DNA of 63,754 nucleotides, the filler included, from Choristocarpus tenellus KU-1152 (taxonomy: Eukaryota > Protista > Phaeophyceae), in NCBI GenBank assembly GCA_964200185.2. It is 9 parts of 9 records of this genome, joined end to end, with 100 filler letters (N's around TTAATTAATTAA, not from the genome) between each part and the next. Parts side by side here need not be neighbours in the genome. Positions count along the whole stretch, not along the records: positions 53,255 to 57,792 come from CAXNAD020014105.1; positions 57,893 to 60,698 come from CAXNAD020024589.1; positions 60,799 to 63,754 come from CAXNAD020023381.1; 6 more parts are not named here. The stretch is one strand, 5' to 3'. The position numbers and the translations under genes were made by a program. Below are positions 53,562 to 63,754 of this stretch, piece after piece (the stretch's first letter is position 1; each line of letters starts with the position of its first letter). The notes beneath the pieces are model-generated. The model ran no database searches. It had not been told where the DNA came from and worked only from the letters and a program-made list of their open reading frames with translations.

Positions 53562-55858
53562 CTGCTTCATAAGTCGCCTATTTTCCTCCCTCAGAGCGTC
53601 CACCTCAGCCTGTACCCTATCTCTGTCCCTCTTCTTTGCTGCCAGTGCAGCAGGATTGTTGACAAAGTGAAGAGGTTTCCCAACATCTTTCTTCTCAAAC
53701 ACATGCACACACACAGACACACAATACCCTAAGGGTTAGGGCTATGGGGATACACTCTGTAGTAGATAGGATATACATAAACACACACACATCTCAAGGG
53801 TTAGGGCTATGGGGATACACTCTGGAGTAGATAGGATATACATAAACGATATGAGTTAAGTAGTCCAGCATGCTGTCAAGAAACAGCACTGTCTGTTGGG
53901 TGTAAACCCACTACGTGTACTAACTGAAAAAAATTAAAAAACAAAACAACTGACCCCGATGTGTTTAAAAAATAGTAATACGACATCACTAGTGTAACAC
54001 ACTAAGTAGAATGGTGTCAGTTGGTACAGTGACCCACAATTAAAAAAAAGAGATAACACCATCGCCAAACACAAATGAGACTCTCCCCACCTGCATCACA
54101 AATGATAACAGCAGTATCATTTTCTATTCAGTATTGAAAAAAAAGATCTCACTGGGGCACAAGACTCCCCCCCCCACCCCCCCCCCCCCCCCCCCCGACC
54201 CCCAACACAAACAAAAAAAAAAAAAACAAAAAAAAAAAANNNNNNNNNNAAAAAAAACACAAATATCTTTTTCTAACCAAAAATAAAAAAAAAAAACCAC
54301 CGAGGCCCAACAACCCCCCCCCCCCCCCCCCCCCAATGTACCACATTCGACAACTAAATAATATAATAAATAAATGTACCGCATGAAACTATCAAAGGAG
54401 TATACATACCTTCTGATTGAATAGTGTCAGAGTTAAGTTGTGATATTGAAATATTTTCATTGCTTAGATGATGCTTGGATGGATGGGTGTATGACTCAAA
54501 CAATCCCCGAGGTTTGTAGACTAACTAACAACTGAGAAAGCTCATCCTAAACATACATTGAGAAATACAAAAACTGTAATAAAAAAAAAGATACATCGCC
54601 ACGTTCAATAGAAGCATCCAAATATCTCAACCATCACCAAATTAGCCTTTCCATATATTACAAAAACTAGTGATTCGTTTTTCCCGAGCAAGGAAGTCAA
54701 GTTACACAAATACAGTACCTTCAATGCTTTTCTTTTTTCTTTTGAGAATATTGATCCCGATATAGTTACGGGACGAGTCTCTCTCTTGCTTCCTCTTCTT
54801 GCTTGGAGTATTAAATAGTGCATTTCTATATATTTTTTAATCCTCTAAGCTATCGTACCTTTTTGATTACGGGCCTGGGACTACTGGGAAAAAAAAGGAA
54901 CAGTAGCAATAGCTCACATTTATTCTAGAAATAATAATGAGAACAGCAATAATAAAAATAAAAGAAATGACAGAGAATAGTCATAATAATAATAGTTCAC
55001 TTTTATTCTAGAAATAATAACGAGATCAGTAATAATACAAATAAAAGTAATGTGACTGTGAACAGCAACACCAACAATAATAGCAAAAATAGTCCACCTT
55101 TATTCCCCGCATGCGATGGGTGGCAAGTTCCACTTCTGCCTTCTCCAGCAATGTAGAAATGTGCTCTCTGACATCACACACACACACATATAGCATTGGT
55201 ATTAATTAAAAACAACTTATTTTGTTTGAAATAACAATAACAATAACAATAGCTACAACAATAATAAAACAGAACACAAGACACATCCAGCAAACTAGTC
55301 ATGAACTAGTAGAGCACAATCAGTACAGTTACCTGTCAAGGGGTTAAGGATAGGGTTATCAACACCCCCACAGTGTCCTAAAGAGGGACAAAACTGGATA
55401 AATACATCACTCTTCCATCCTGCAGATAGTCACCAAATGTAACAACCACACCACAATAGTGCTTGTATACTTGATAGCTCTGGGCACTCTAGCACAGTAC
55501 CTTGCCTGCCATCTTCAAAATATACAGTAGAGACAACTGAAAAAAAATAATAGAGAACAAGGCAATGGGCACGTGCATACCATCCACACCCATCACAACC
55601 TCACTTCCGACACAAACATAAACACTCTCTCCAGGAAAAGTATGTCTCCCACCTCTCCTTCAGGGCCTCCCTCCTCCCCTCCTCCGCCTCCTCAGCTCGC
55701 CTTCGCAGCCTCTGTGCCGTAGACCCTGCCACCATACCCACAGCGGCATCCCTCAGGGCCTTGGCCTCCGCCTTTGATGCAGATAGAGCAGCCTCCAGCA
55801 AAGAACGGGCCTTGAGGGACCCCTCATCGCCCCTTCTAAACGGCTCTTTTTCGTATGA
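53562..55858 (-). CDS. MAD1: Internal exons of a MAD1-like spindle checkpoint protein (about 55858-55653, 55167-55098, possibly about 54474-54410, about 53686-53562)
   Basis: Coiled-coil exons (LLEAALSASKAEAKALRD..RRAEEAEEGRREALKER|EHISTLLEKAEVELATHRMRG) are followed by GKPLHFVNNPAALAAKKR..VQAEVDALREENRRL, resembling the MAD1 MAD2-interaction region (K-V-L-H-x-x-x-N-P ... L..EN.RL). Confidence 0.65.
53731..53847. repeat. 65-bp tandem duplication beginning with telomere-like agggttaggg
   Basis: aagggttagggctatggggatacactctg.agtagataggatatacataaac occurs twice. Confidence 0.9.
54909..55106. repeat. Diverged tandem repeat of about 83-100 bp overlapping the MAD1-like exon donor site
   Basis: aatagctcacatttattc / aatagttcacttttattc / aatagtccacctttattc. 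Confidence 0.7.
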
Positions 55859-57203
55859 CTGCGGTTTCAGAACAATAAATAAATAAATAAATGTTTACAT
55901 TATTTTTTGAGTCGGGAGTAATAGTACAAGGTAAGTTCAGTTGGGGGGGGGGGGGGGGGGGGGGGGAAAGAGGGAAGGGGGGGGGGGNNNNNNNNNNATT
56001 TTAATATTTTTTTTGGAGTGGGGAGAAAGAGAACAAGGAAGGTTGGGGGGGGGGGGGGGGGGGTGAGGTGAACAGAGTGAAGGTGATGCAGGTGTGATCT
56101 GACCGAGGTCATGGTGTAGTGTTGATACAAGGAAGCACAGTAAGAGCACAATCATCGAGGTAGGGGGAGGTAGGTAGGTGAGAGGGTTTTGTTCGATCAC
56201 ATGGCAGGCGTCATACTTCATGAATCGTTTCTCACAACACGTATGAGGTACACCTCTTTTTGGTGTATGTCTTGTCACTAGCAAATCAGCTCGCTGGGTG
56301 TGCACTTCTAGTGTGTCAGTGGATGGATGGATGGATGGACGGGTAGTGTGGGAGTGAAAAGGGTGAAACACGCCTCCAATGCAGATATCATCCCACAGAT
56401 GAGCATGTACACTTAGACAGTGTACAGGTAATGGGGGGGAAGGTATACAAGGTATAAATAATGCTCTTCATGGGACAAAAAAAATATCCAATACAGTGAC
56501 AGTAATCATAATGATACTAATAATCATCATACATTGCTAATAATAATAATAATAAATTAGTTGTGAATGGATGCTTTTGATACCATGTCTCCTCAAAAAC
56601 ACAAGGTATCTACAGTACAAACTTTGCAAGAGTGACGGGTGAGTCCCTTGATATCTTGTTTAAAAAAAAAACCGGTGTGTTAGTTTGCTAGGTATCATAT
56701 CTGACTTTTGACAACGAGTGGAGATTTGAATCTATGACTGCTACATAGCAACAGGTATTCCACAAAAATTCACTACTGTGAATATGCATTGTCAGATGCC
56801 ACTACAATTACATCTCCCCCAAAGTTAAGAAATCCTGATCCTCCAGTAGAGAACATAGATGACTCTGCTTCAACCTCCATAGGTCACCACTGCACAACAG
56901 CTCTCTGCCCTAAATAACCTAGGGTGCCTAGCCTACATAAATCAACGAGTCAGCCCTAACCCTAAACAATAATCCAAAAATATTTATTTTTAGCAAAACC
57001 ACAAACTAGTAGTAGTTGCAATTACACACAACTAGAATATGATTAAAAAAAACCATAAAAAATTAAATAACCACTACCTAATAGTCAACATTACACACCA
57101 ACAGAATATGACAAAATAAAAATTTTAAATGCGCACTTTCTGGGCGGCACAGGTTCATTTTCTTTTTGTTCACAGGAGCTGACTGCGCTAGAGCGGACTA
57201 TTT

Positions 57204-57325
57204 TGTCTGTGAACTATTGATAGAGACACTACACAACATATCCTATTGTCTGTGAACTATTGATAGACACTACACAACATATCCTATTGTCTGTGAACTA
57301 TTAATAGAGACACCATACAACATAT
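57204..57325. repeat. 41-43-bp tandem repeat, 3 copies
   Basis: ttgtctgtgaactatt(g/a)atag(ag)acac...acaacatatcc units. Confidence 0.9.
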
Positions 57326-58009
57326 CAGACTCTCCCTGAATGGATTTACACCAATCTCCTATCTCCCTTGAAGTCCGTCATATTTTGAATCATCAAGGGA
57401 ACAGAGGTAACCAGAAGAAAATCACAAAAAAAAAACCACAAGCACTCCCACTCAAAGGACAAATGAAGGTACACCATCTCATGTCTAGATTACTGTACCA
57501 AATAACCCCAACTATTAATGTTGTTGTTGAAGTACTGGACAGTGTGGGCAATGTAGTCTCATTTTATTTGCAATAGTATACCAATCAAGGCTGATAACTG
57601 TAACACGACACAGCGATAGATTACATTAGACACACACATAACCTCCCCCCTCCCATCTAAAAACCCATCTGTTCATGGGAAGAACGGTGGAGGGGGGGGG
57701 GGGGGGGGGGGGGGGGGAGGGGGAAACACCTACTCCGGGGAAATTCTCAAAAACTCACCCCAACCCAAAAAAAGAGAAAAAAAACGGAACAANNNNNNNN
57801 NNNNNNNNNNNNNNNNNNNNNNNNNNNNNNNNNNNNTTAATTAATTAANNNNNNNNNNNNNNNNNNNNNNNNNNNNNNNNNNNNNNNNNNNNCTATTCCC
57901 GCTATTAGCAATGAAAGTCGAGATCTAACAAAACAGCATCGTTTGTTGTAGGGAAGGCAACTTTGTCGCTCATGATGATGACGAAGACCCACCACTATTC
58001 CTAGATGCA

Positions 58010-60351
58010 TCAACTAGTTGTTGTCGTACAAGCCAGCACATATGTAATTACGAACACAGGAGGCAAACTCACGGCTCTGACCCGTTGCAGAGGATTCATT
58101 CCGACTACCGTGGAGATGTTTGCCCTCAGCTTCCGGACAGGCCCCGCTTGTTGGTTGCCAGATGAAACGTTCTGCAGAAGTTGGGCCACCTCCTTCTTCC
58201 TCTCCTCGTGGTGGGGCTTGACCCAGACCTCGTGTATATTGCACTTCTCAAATGCAAGCCTGTCCATTGCCCTGGCAGCCCGTGCATCATTCACGTAACA
58301 TCCCAAGTACAGAGCAGTTTTGCAACAATCAATCAGTGCGGTGCTGAAAAAGACCCTGACAGCATATTTTACAATTGAGGGGCGCATGGCGACGTATGGG
58401 TGCGCAGGAGATAAGGAAAAGGCAAAAAAAGAGAACCGCTGCAACTGCACCATTTGCCAACCTTTGAGCTCTGGTGTCCACTTCTCCTTGGGTACAATCT
58501 GCCTGGTGCGCGAGATAAGCATATCGGATATGTGCGTGTCCGATTCGATCTCCTTGTAGTCCCCCACTGTAGGAGTCTTCCCGTTGGACGACTTGTACGT
58601 GCAAAAAGAGAATGGCAATGAAGGACGTCAACGAGAACGAAGCGTAGGTAATGATGAGTAAAGGGTCGCCACTGCAGAAAATATTCTAAGGAACGATTTT
58701 CATAGTTCAGAAAAGACAAGAGCACACATACACAGGAAACACACACTGTAGGTAGTCTTTCCACAGTACTACGAACGGTTTGTCGTTCGATACAACAATG
58801 CCCGACAACGGTCTTCATTGTAGGAGACACTTATTGAACGTTCCTGTACAAGGTGCTGCGACCGGCACACATGTCGCTTACTGCTGTCTACACGATAAAA
58901 CACAGTGGCAGTTTGACTTGCCTCGCAAGCAGACGGAAGCGTAGCCCCTGCTTCAGAGAAGTGAAGCCGGCAATCTCCTCCCGACTCAGATAGCTCAGTG
59001 TGACCGCGTTGCAGTCGACCTGTGGTGACGAGGTCTCACACACTTCCTTCAGTACCTCGAAGGACTCTGGTTGAAGGGACTTTACGCCTTGCTGCCAGTT
59101 TCGTAGAGTTGTTTGCGGCGGGGGAGTAGTGCCCACCTTCGCTATGGGCAGAGAATAAAAAATATGATGCACCCAGCCAGCCAGGATGAGGCATTGGTAT
59201 TGAGTCAAAGTATCTTAGAGGGTAGCTGCGTCCAATTGTAGGACAAAATCCAATGCTGCGATTATGATGTAATATTGGCTATCGTGTTTATTAGGAAGTG
59301 TCTATATCCTTGTTTGGACACACCTTTTCACAATATATACACTTTACCTACTCCGAAATGTTTCAGAGTAGGTAAAATGTCATAAACCTCCTGTGGGAAG
59401 CCAAGCCCACAGACAAACAGGGCAAAAATCGTACCCTCTAAGATACTTTTATTCATTACCACACCAACGGGGTATGTAAGAGTGGGGGGGAGGTGTTATT
59501 AAGCGGCCTGGTCTAACGTTAAAACAAATAAGAACGCTTTTTATTGTTCGTGTGTATACAACACAGACACAGCACGTGGTTCCCCACAAAGGAGAGGGTT
59601 TGGTTCACAAAATGATGCATCGTGTGTTTATTAATTCAGGCAACACCGCAACAGTTCGGGTAAGGAGTGGACCTTACCTGGGGGAGGGGGGGGGGGGGGG
59701 GGAGGGGATATGATACTCAGTGGCCTGGCCTACCTAGTGCTGACAGAAAAAACTGTTCACTTCGTCTGTGATTTTTCACACACACTCATACTACATGGTC
59801 ACCCGAAAATCAAGCATTTGGTTGACAGGATTGCTAAACGCGGGATAACTATCTGAACTAGGAGGACACAGAGAGATCTTCACAACAGCTGTAAGACTCG
59901 AAGTATCTTAGAGGGTAGAGCAGCGTCCGTTTGGCGCCAAAATCCAATGTTGCGATTTTGATCTAATGTTGGCCATCATGTTTGTTAGGAAGTGACAATA
60001 TCCTTGTTCTGGACACACCTTTTCATAACATACACATTTTACCTACTCCAAAACATTTCGGAGTAGGAAAATGTAAAAAAAAAAACGTGGGAAGCCAATC
60101 CCCAAACGGACAAACAGGGAAAAACTCACACCCTCTAAGATACGTTTACTCGTAACCCAACAAGAGGAGGAGTAGCTACCATCCCAACAACGTTGACAAC
60201 TCCCTCACCTTTTTGTACATTTTGCGGATCTCTGCTAGTGACACTTCTTTCTTCTTCGTCTGGCACTTGATAGCTTCTTCAAGCTCGTGCTGAAAATATA
60301 CCTTATCGTACAGCGTGCGCTCAACCACACTCTCAGTCGTGTCGTTGAATG
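58010..60351 (-). CDS. Hypothetical multi-exon gene or pseudogene with an AP2-like motif near 58253-58312 (candidate exons 60351-60209, 59141-about 58918, and within 58010-58618)
   Basis: Protein-like, CpG-retaining segments bounded by AG/GT; LYLGCYVNDARAARAMDRLA resembles the AP2 consensus YLG.F....AARAYD.AA. Exon phases could not all be reconciled. Confidence 0.4.
59202..59454 (+). mobile_element. MITE, long subfamily, copy 3
   Basis: gagtcaaagtatcttagagggta ... taccctctaagatacttttattc. Confidence 0.9.
59895..60151 (+). mobile_element. MITE, long subfamily, copy 4, 4-bp TSD GTAA
   Basis: gtaa|gactcgaagtatcttagagggta ... ccctctaagatacgtttactc|gtaa. Confidence 0.9.
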
Positions 60352-61825
60352 CTATAAGCGTGGCGGTGCAGTGGGCGAATGGGGCAAGGGGTAGGTGGGA
60401 AACGGTCATGGGACACACGCGGCAGACAGTAGTGAGTAACATGTTGCTGCTGACAGAAAGACCACAAGGAATAAAAAAGATCAACAACGAAAAGATCAAC
60501 AACAGGCTGACTGACGATGAACCAAACAAAGGAAACACAGCACCAACTTGGAACTTGGTAGATCAGAAGAGTCATCAGGCGATCATGGAACAACGACAAC
60601 ACTCCATCACCCACGGTTGGCAATTAGCCTCTCTTTTGCTTGGTTGAACTCCATGTAGACCCGCATCATGAAAGCGCGTTCAGGATCAAACTCTCTATNN
60701 NNNNNNNNNNNNNNNNNNNNNNNNNNNNNNNNNNNNNNNNNNTTAATTAATTAANNNNNNNNNNNNNNNNNNNNNNNNNNNNNNNNNNNNNNNNNNNNAT
60801 ACCAGAAGAGGATCCCAAACACAATGAACTCTTACTCTATATACACCTACAACACAAAAAAAAACGCTGGGGGAGGGGCAGGGGGCGGAGGGGCGTCACA
60901 TGAATCAAACATGCAAACAAATCAAATAGCGGTGTACGAAAAGTATTGCCAACGCCTACCATGTTAAATGCCGTGAGGTTTCATCCCTATAGGGTTAGGG
61001 TGGAAGCACACAGGCACACACCAGCATCTTTGGCTCAAAGATTTGGGAGATCCTTCCAGTCCTCACTCCAATGAGAACTCGCTCTTCTTATCACATGTCT
61101 TATCCTCCATGGGGTTAATGCAGGGCGCTACCATCAATGATATCAATGACGTCAAAAGCTTGCAGCATGGATGAGTTGACAGTCTGACCTGCTGGACAGA
61201 GAGTTTGTTTGTATGACCAAGGACCTTTACCGCTAGTTACTGATAATAGCAACTTAGTCTGATTTATGTGTATATATACATATATATATACTGGTAAGGC
61301 GGGATGACTTCTGTGAAAACTCGAGAGAAGGGCCATTAGGTCATTAGTCTCAGAAACAAGATTTTGCCTGCAGGACTAAACCGCACCAACAGTTCTTTTT
61401 ATGTTCTTTCTCATTTATTTTTTCCCCCATTTAAAGTGAGACGTTTGTCACCCATATTGAAAGTCGAGTAACTCTGGACTTTTTCTTTTTTTTTTCATTT
61501 CTTTTCTTTTCTTTAATAATTAATTTCAAAAAGAAGGACATGGTGTCCTCCGAGTGCACAACCTAACTCTAGTCAGAACAGCATACAAAAACACATCCCA
61601 CGCTTCAAACTCTCAGTGATGCTACATTGCACTGCACTTCCAAATCTTTTGGTGATAACTGACTTGATCGTCAATCCTACGCCGTGTGCTGATTCTTATT
61701 TTATTGCACACAAACATGTAAAAAAATAAAAAATAAATTTGGTGTTTGATTTTTTTAAAGAAAATATGTTTTTATATATTTTTTAATATTTTTCATAACT
61801 CCGTTGCCTCCCTCTTCTTGAAAAG

Positions 61826-61993
61826 GTGGAAGTGAACATTGATGTGATGGACCCTCGGACCTTCAGAGAGCTAGAACGGATTGTCCTAGCTTGTCTGGAT
61901 GGGGGAGGTAGCATTGCTATGGGAAAGTCGAAAGCCAGCAAGAAGAAGAAGGGGAGCGAGGGGGAGGGACGAGGCAAGAAGCAGCGAGCGTGA
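61826..61993 (+). CDS. Terminal exon of an ET/NET-domain protein (BET/GTE bromodomain-type)
   Basis: ag|VEVNIDVMDPRTFRELERIVLACLDGGGSIAMGKSKASKKKKGSEGEGRGKKQRA* matches the ET-domain end (EIEIDID.L...TL.ELE..V) plus a basic tail. Confidence 0.7.
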   Translation: MEVNIDVMDPRTFRELERIVLACLDGGGSIAMGKSKASKKKKGSEGEGRGKKQRA

Positions 61994-62263
61994 AAGCAGC
62001 TACGGAGCGCTACGGATAGTGCTCTGTGATGGAGATGCTCACTGTATATTTTTTTTGTTATTTTTGTCTTCATCGGTTTATTGTGTCCTTTCTTTTTAAT
62101 TGTAAGCAAGGTTTGTGTGATGTTCTTCCTCTGTGTTGCCTTGAAGTATGAGATAGATAATGATAAATAATAAAGAATAAAATTGTTAATTGTTAATTAT
62201 TATAGTAGCTATCGTTGCACAGAAACTGATGGGTGATGGTGAAGGTCGTCTTACTGCCCTTCC

Positions 62264-62330
62264 TGTTTACTTGTGAACAATGGTAAAAGGGTTTACTTGT
62301 GAACAAAGGTAAAAGGGTTTGCTTGTGAAT
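62264..62330. repeat. 26-bp tandem repeat, about 2.7 copies, abutting a MITE
   Basis: gttt(a/g)cttgtgaacaa(t/a)ggtaaaagg units. Confidence 0.85.
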
Positions 62331-62333
62331 AAA

Positions 62334-62562
62334 GAGTGAAAGTATCTAAGAGGGTACGAGTTTTGCCCTTTTTGTCCATTTGGGGCTTGGCTTTCCATGG
62401 GTTCTTTTATGACATTTCCCTACTCCAAAATATTTCGGAGTAGGTAAAATGTATACGTTATGAAAAGGTATGTCCGGAACATGGATATCGACACTTTCTA
62501 ACANNNNNNNNNNTTTTGACCCCCAAAGGGACACGGCTCTACCCTCTAAGATACCTTGGCTC
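62334..62562 (-). mobile_element. MITE, long subfamily, copy 5 (opposite orientation, internal N gap)
   Basis: gagtgaaagtatctaagagggta ... taccctctaagataccttggctc; interior is the reverse complement of the other copies. Confidence 0.9.
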
Positions 62563-63687
62563 AAAGGTGAAAGTGTTTACTTCTGTCTCAATTTTTTTTG
62601 TTCAGGCTGCTACGTTTCAGGTACCTACGATTTTTTACAGTTTTTTTTGTTTGAAGAGACCCTGCGGGTCCCAGTTGCCGACAGTTACTGAGCTAGGTTA
62701 CTCATCTACTCAGGGACATCGATTCCCTTGAGGGTCACGATAGAGATGGTTTGAGAATGCAGTCTCAGAAGGAGCAAGCGGTGATCCAGCCCACCCCACA
62801 AGTGCAATCCTTGCACTATTTGAATAGCTCTGCTCTGCTTTTTCAATGATGTTTGTATGGTGTACTTTTTGCACTACTACCAGAGAGTGGAAACTTACCA
62901 GGCTATCAGGTACGACCTATCAGGTACCCCACTCGGCAGTACAAGTGTGTGTACTTTTGAGGCAGTACTATTGACGTGCATTCAAATACTTCAAAGCGCT
63001 CTGGAGTATACCGTGTTGTGGTGAATGCATTGCCCAATGGGATGGGTTGTTTATATGGGCTTCAAACTGAGTCTAATGTATCTGTAACTGTTGGGTTCAC
63101 CTCTATCGCCTGACCTACATAATATATTGGTGTAGTGCTATGGGCTCCAATTTCCCAAAAACGTTTGCTGTTGGATGGATGGATGGATGGATGGATGAAT
63201 GGATGGATGGATAATTTACTTGTCATGGTTTTGCTTGACGCTTTGTATGTTGTCCTTATCTAACTCTATTGAATTACACGTGGCTTAGGTCTGATTGAAG
63301 TGCAGCCCAGGAGAATAGGAAATAGTTTAATCTGTACACACATCCACAAGTCTTACGGTATAATGGTGAAGACAAAGTACGTCCTTTGCTGTTAAATCGA
63401 CAAATAGTGGTGTGTAGTATGAAGGAACAAAAGGTGATTATGTGGTAGTGTATACTTTGCTATTCCTAAGGTACTAGATCAAATACTGTGATGACCCCAA
63501 TCCCTAGCCCTGCTCAGTCTTAGAGATGGTAATTTTGAGTTCGATCAAGTATTTTGATAGAGAGCCGAAGTAAATGGGAGGTAACCAGTTTTGGGGCGTT
63601 GGTATGTAAAGCCAGTTTTTCAATCTTTTGTAATTCACCCATATTTCTATAGATGAAGTGCTAAGTCTGACTTGAGAGGGTTTATTT

Positions 63688-63754
63688 GGCTCAAAGTATC
63701 TGGGTGGGGGGGGGGGGGGGGGTCCACACGGGGGGGTCGTTTTGGGGTATGGTG
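63688..63754 (+). mobile_element. Truncated G-tract MITE terminus (similar termini at 39232-39273 and 53128-53154, both at contig ends)
   Basis: g(g/a)(c/g)(t/c)caaagtatctggg followed by a G-rich run, like the left end of 39573-39750. Confidence 0.65.

Noticed and set aside
57204-57325. CRISPR-like repeats
   Set aside because: Head-to-tail copies without unique spacers.
58918-58922. Third GC donor (gcaagt) in the contig-8 gene
   Set aside because: A GT donor 4 nt downstream gives a compatible phase, so GC is not required.

Overview
Eukaryotic, intron-rich genomic DNA. A stramenopile/brown-alga-like source is my inference from gene architecture, a flagellar CFAP97-type gene, scattered TTAGGG pieces and a DD39D-type mariner fossil. 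The window is not contiguous: it is nine contigs joined by artificial 100-nt linkers (N44-TTAATTAATTAA-N44), so adjacency across linkers is unproven. The supplied ORF track is mostly spurious, and I rebuilt genes by hand from splice sites and reading-frame phase. Contig 1 (1-31783) holds two head-to-head genes 389 bp apart in a CpG-rich island. One is a PhyH-type 2OG-Fe(II) dioxygenase (- strand, at least 6 exons, with a 13.4-kb transposon-littered intron). The other is a complete 10-exon VMP1 (+ strand, 436 aa, one GC-AG intron). Contig 2 encodes a four-TM protein resembling the CD20/MS4A-TMEM255(FAM70) clan, with an 8-Cys loop and probably a Ser/Lys-rich N-terminus. Smaller contigs carry fragments of a CFAP97-domain gene, a MAD1-like gene, an ET/NET-domain terminal exon, an AP2-like motif gene and hypothetical exons. 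A MITE family with GRG...CYC termini and 4-bp TSDs (Sola2-like) has 6 complete and 3 truncated copies. There are also mariner, hAT and CRE-LINE fossils and several tandem repeats. I found no CRISPR array, rRNA or credible tRNA gene.
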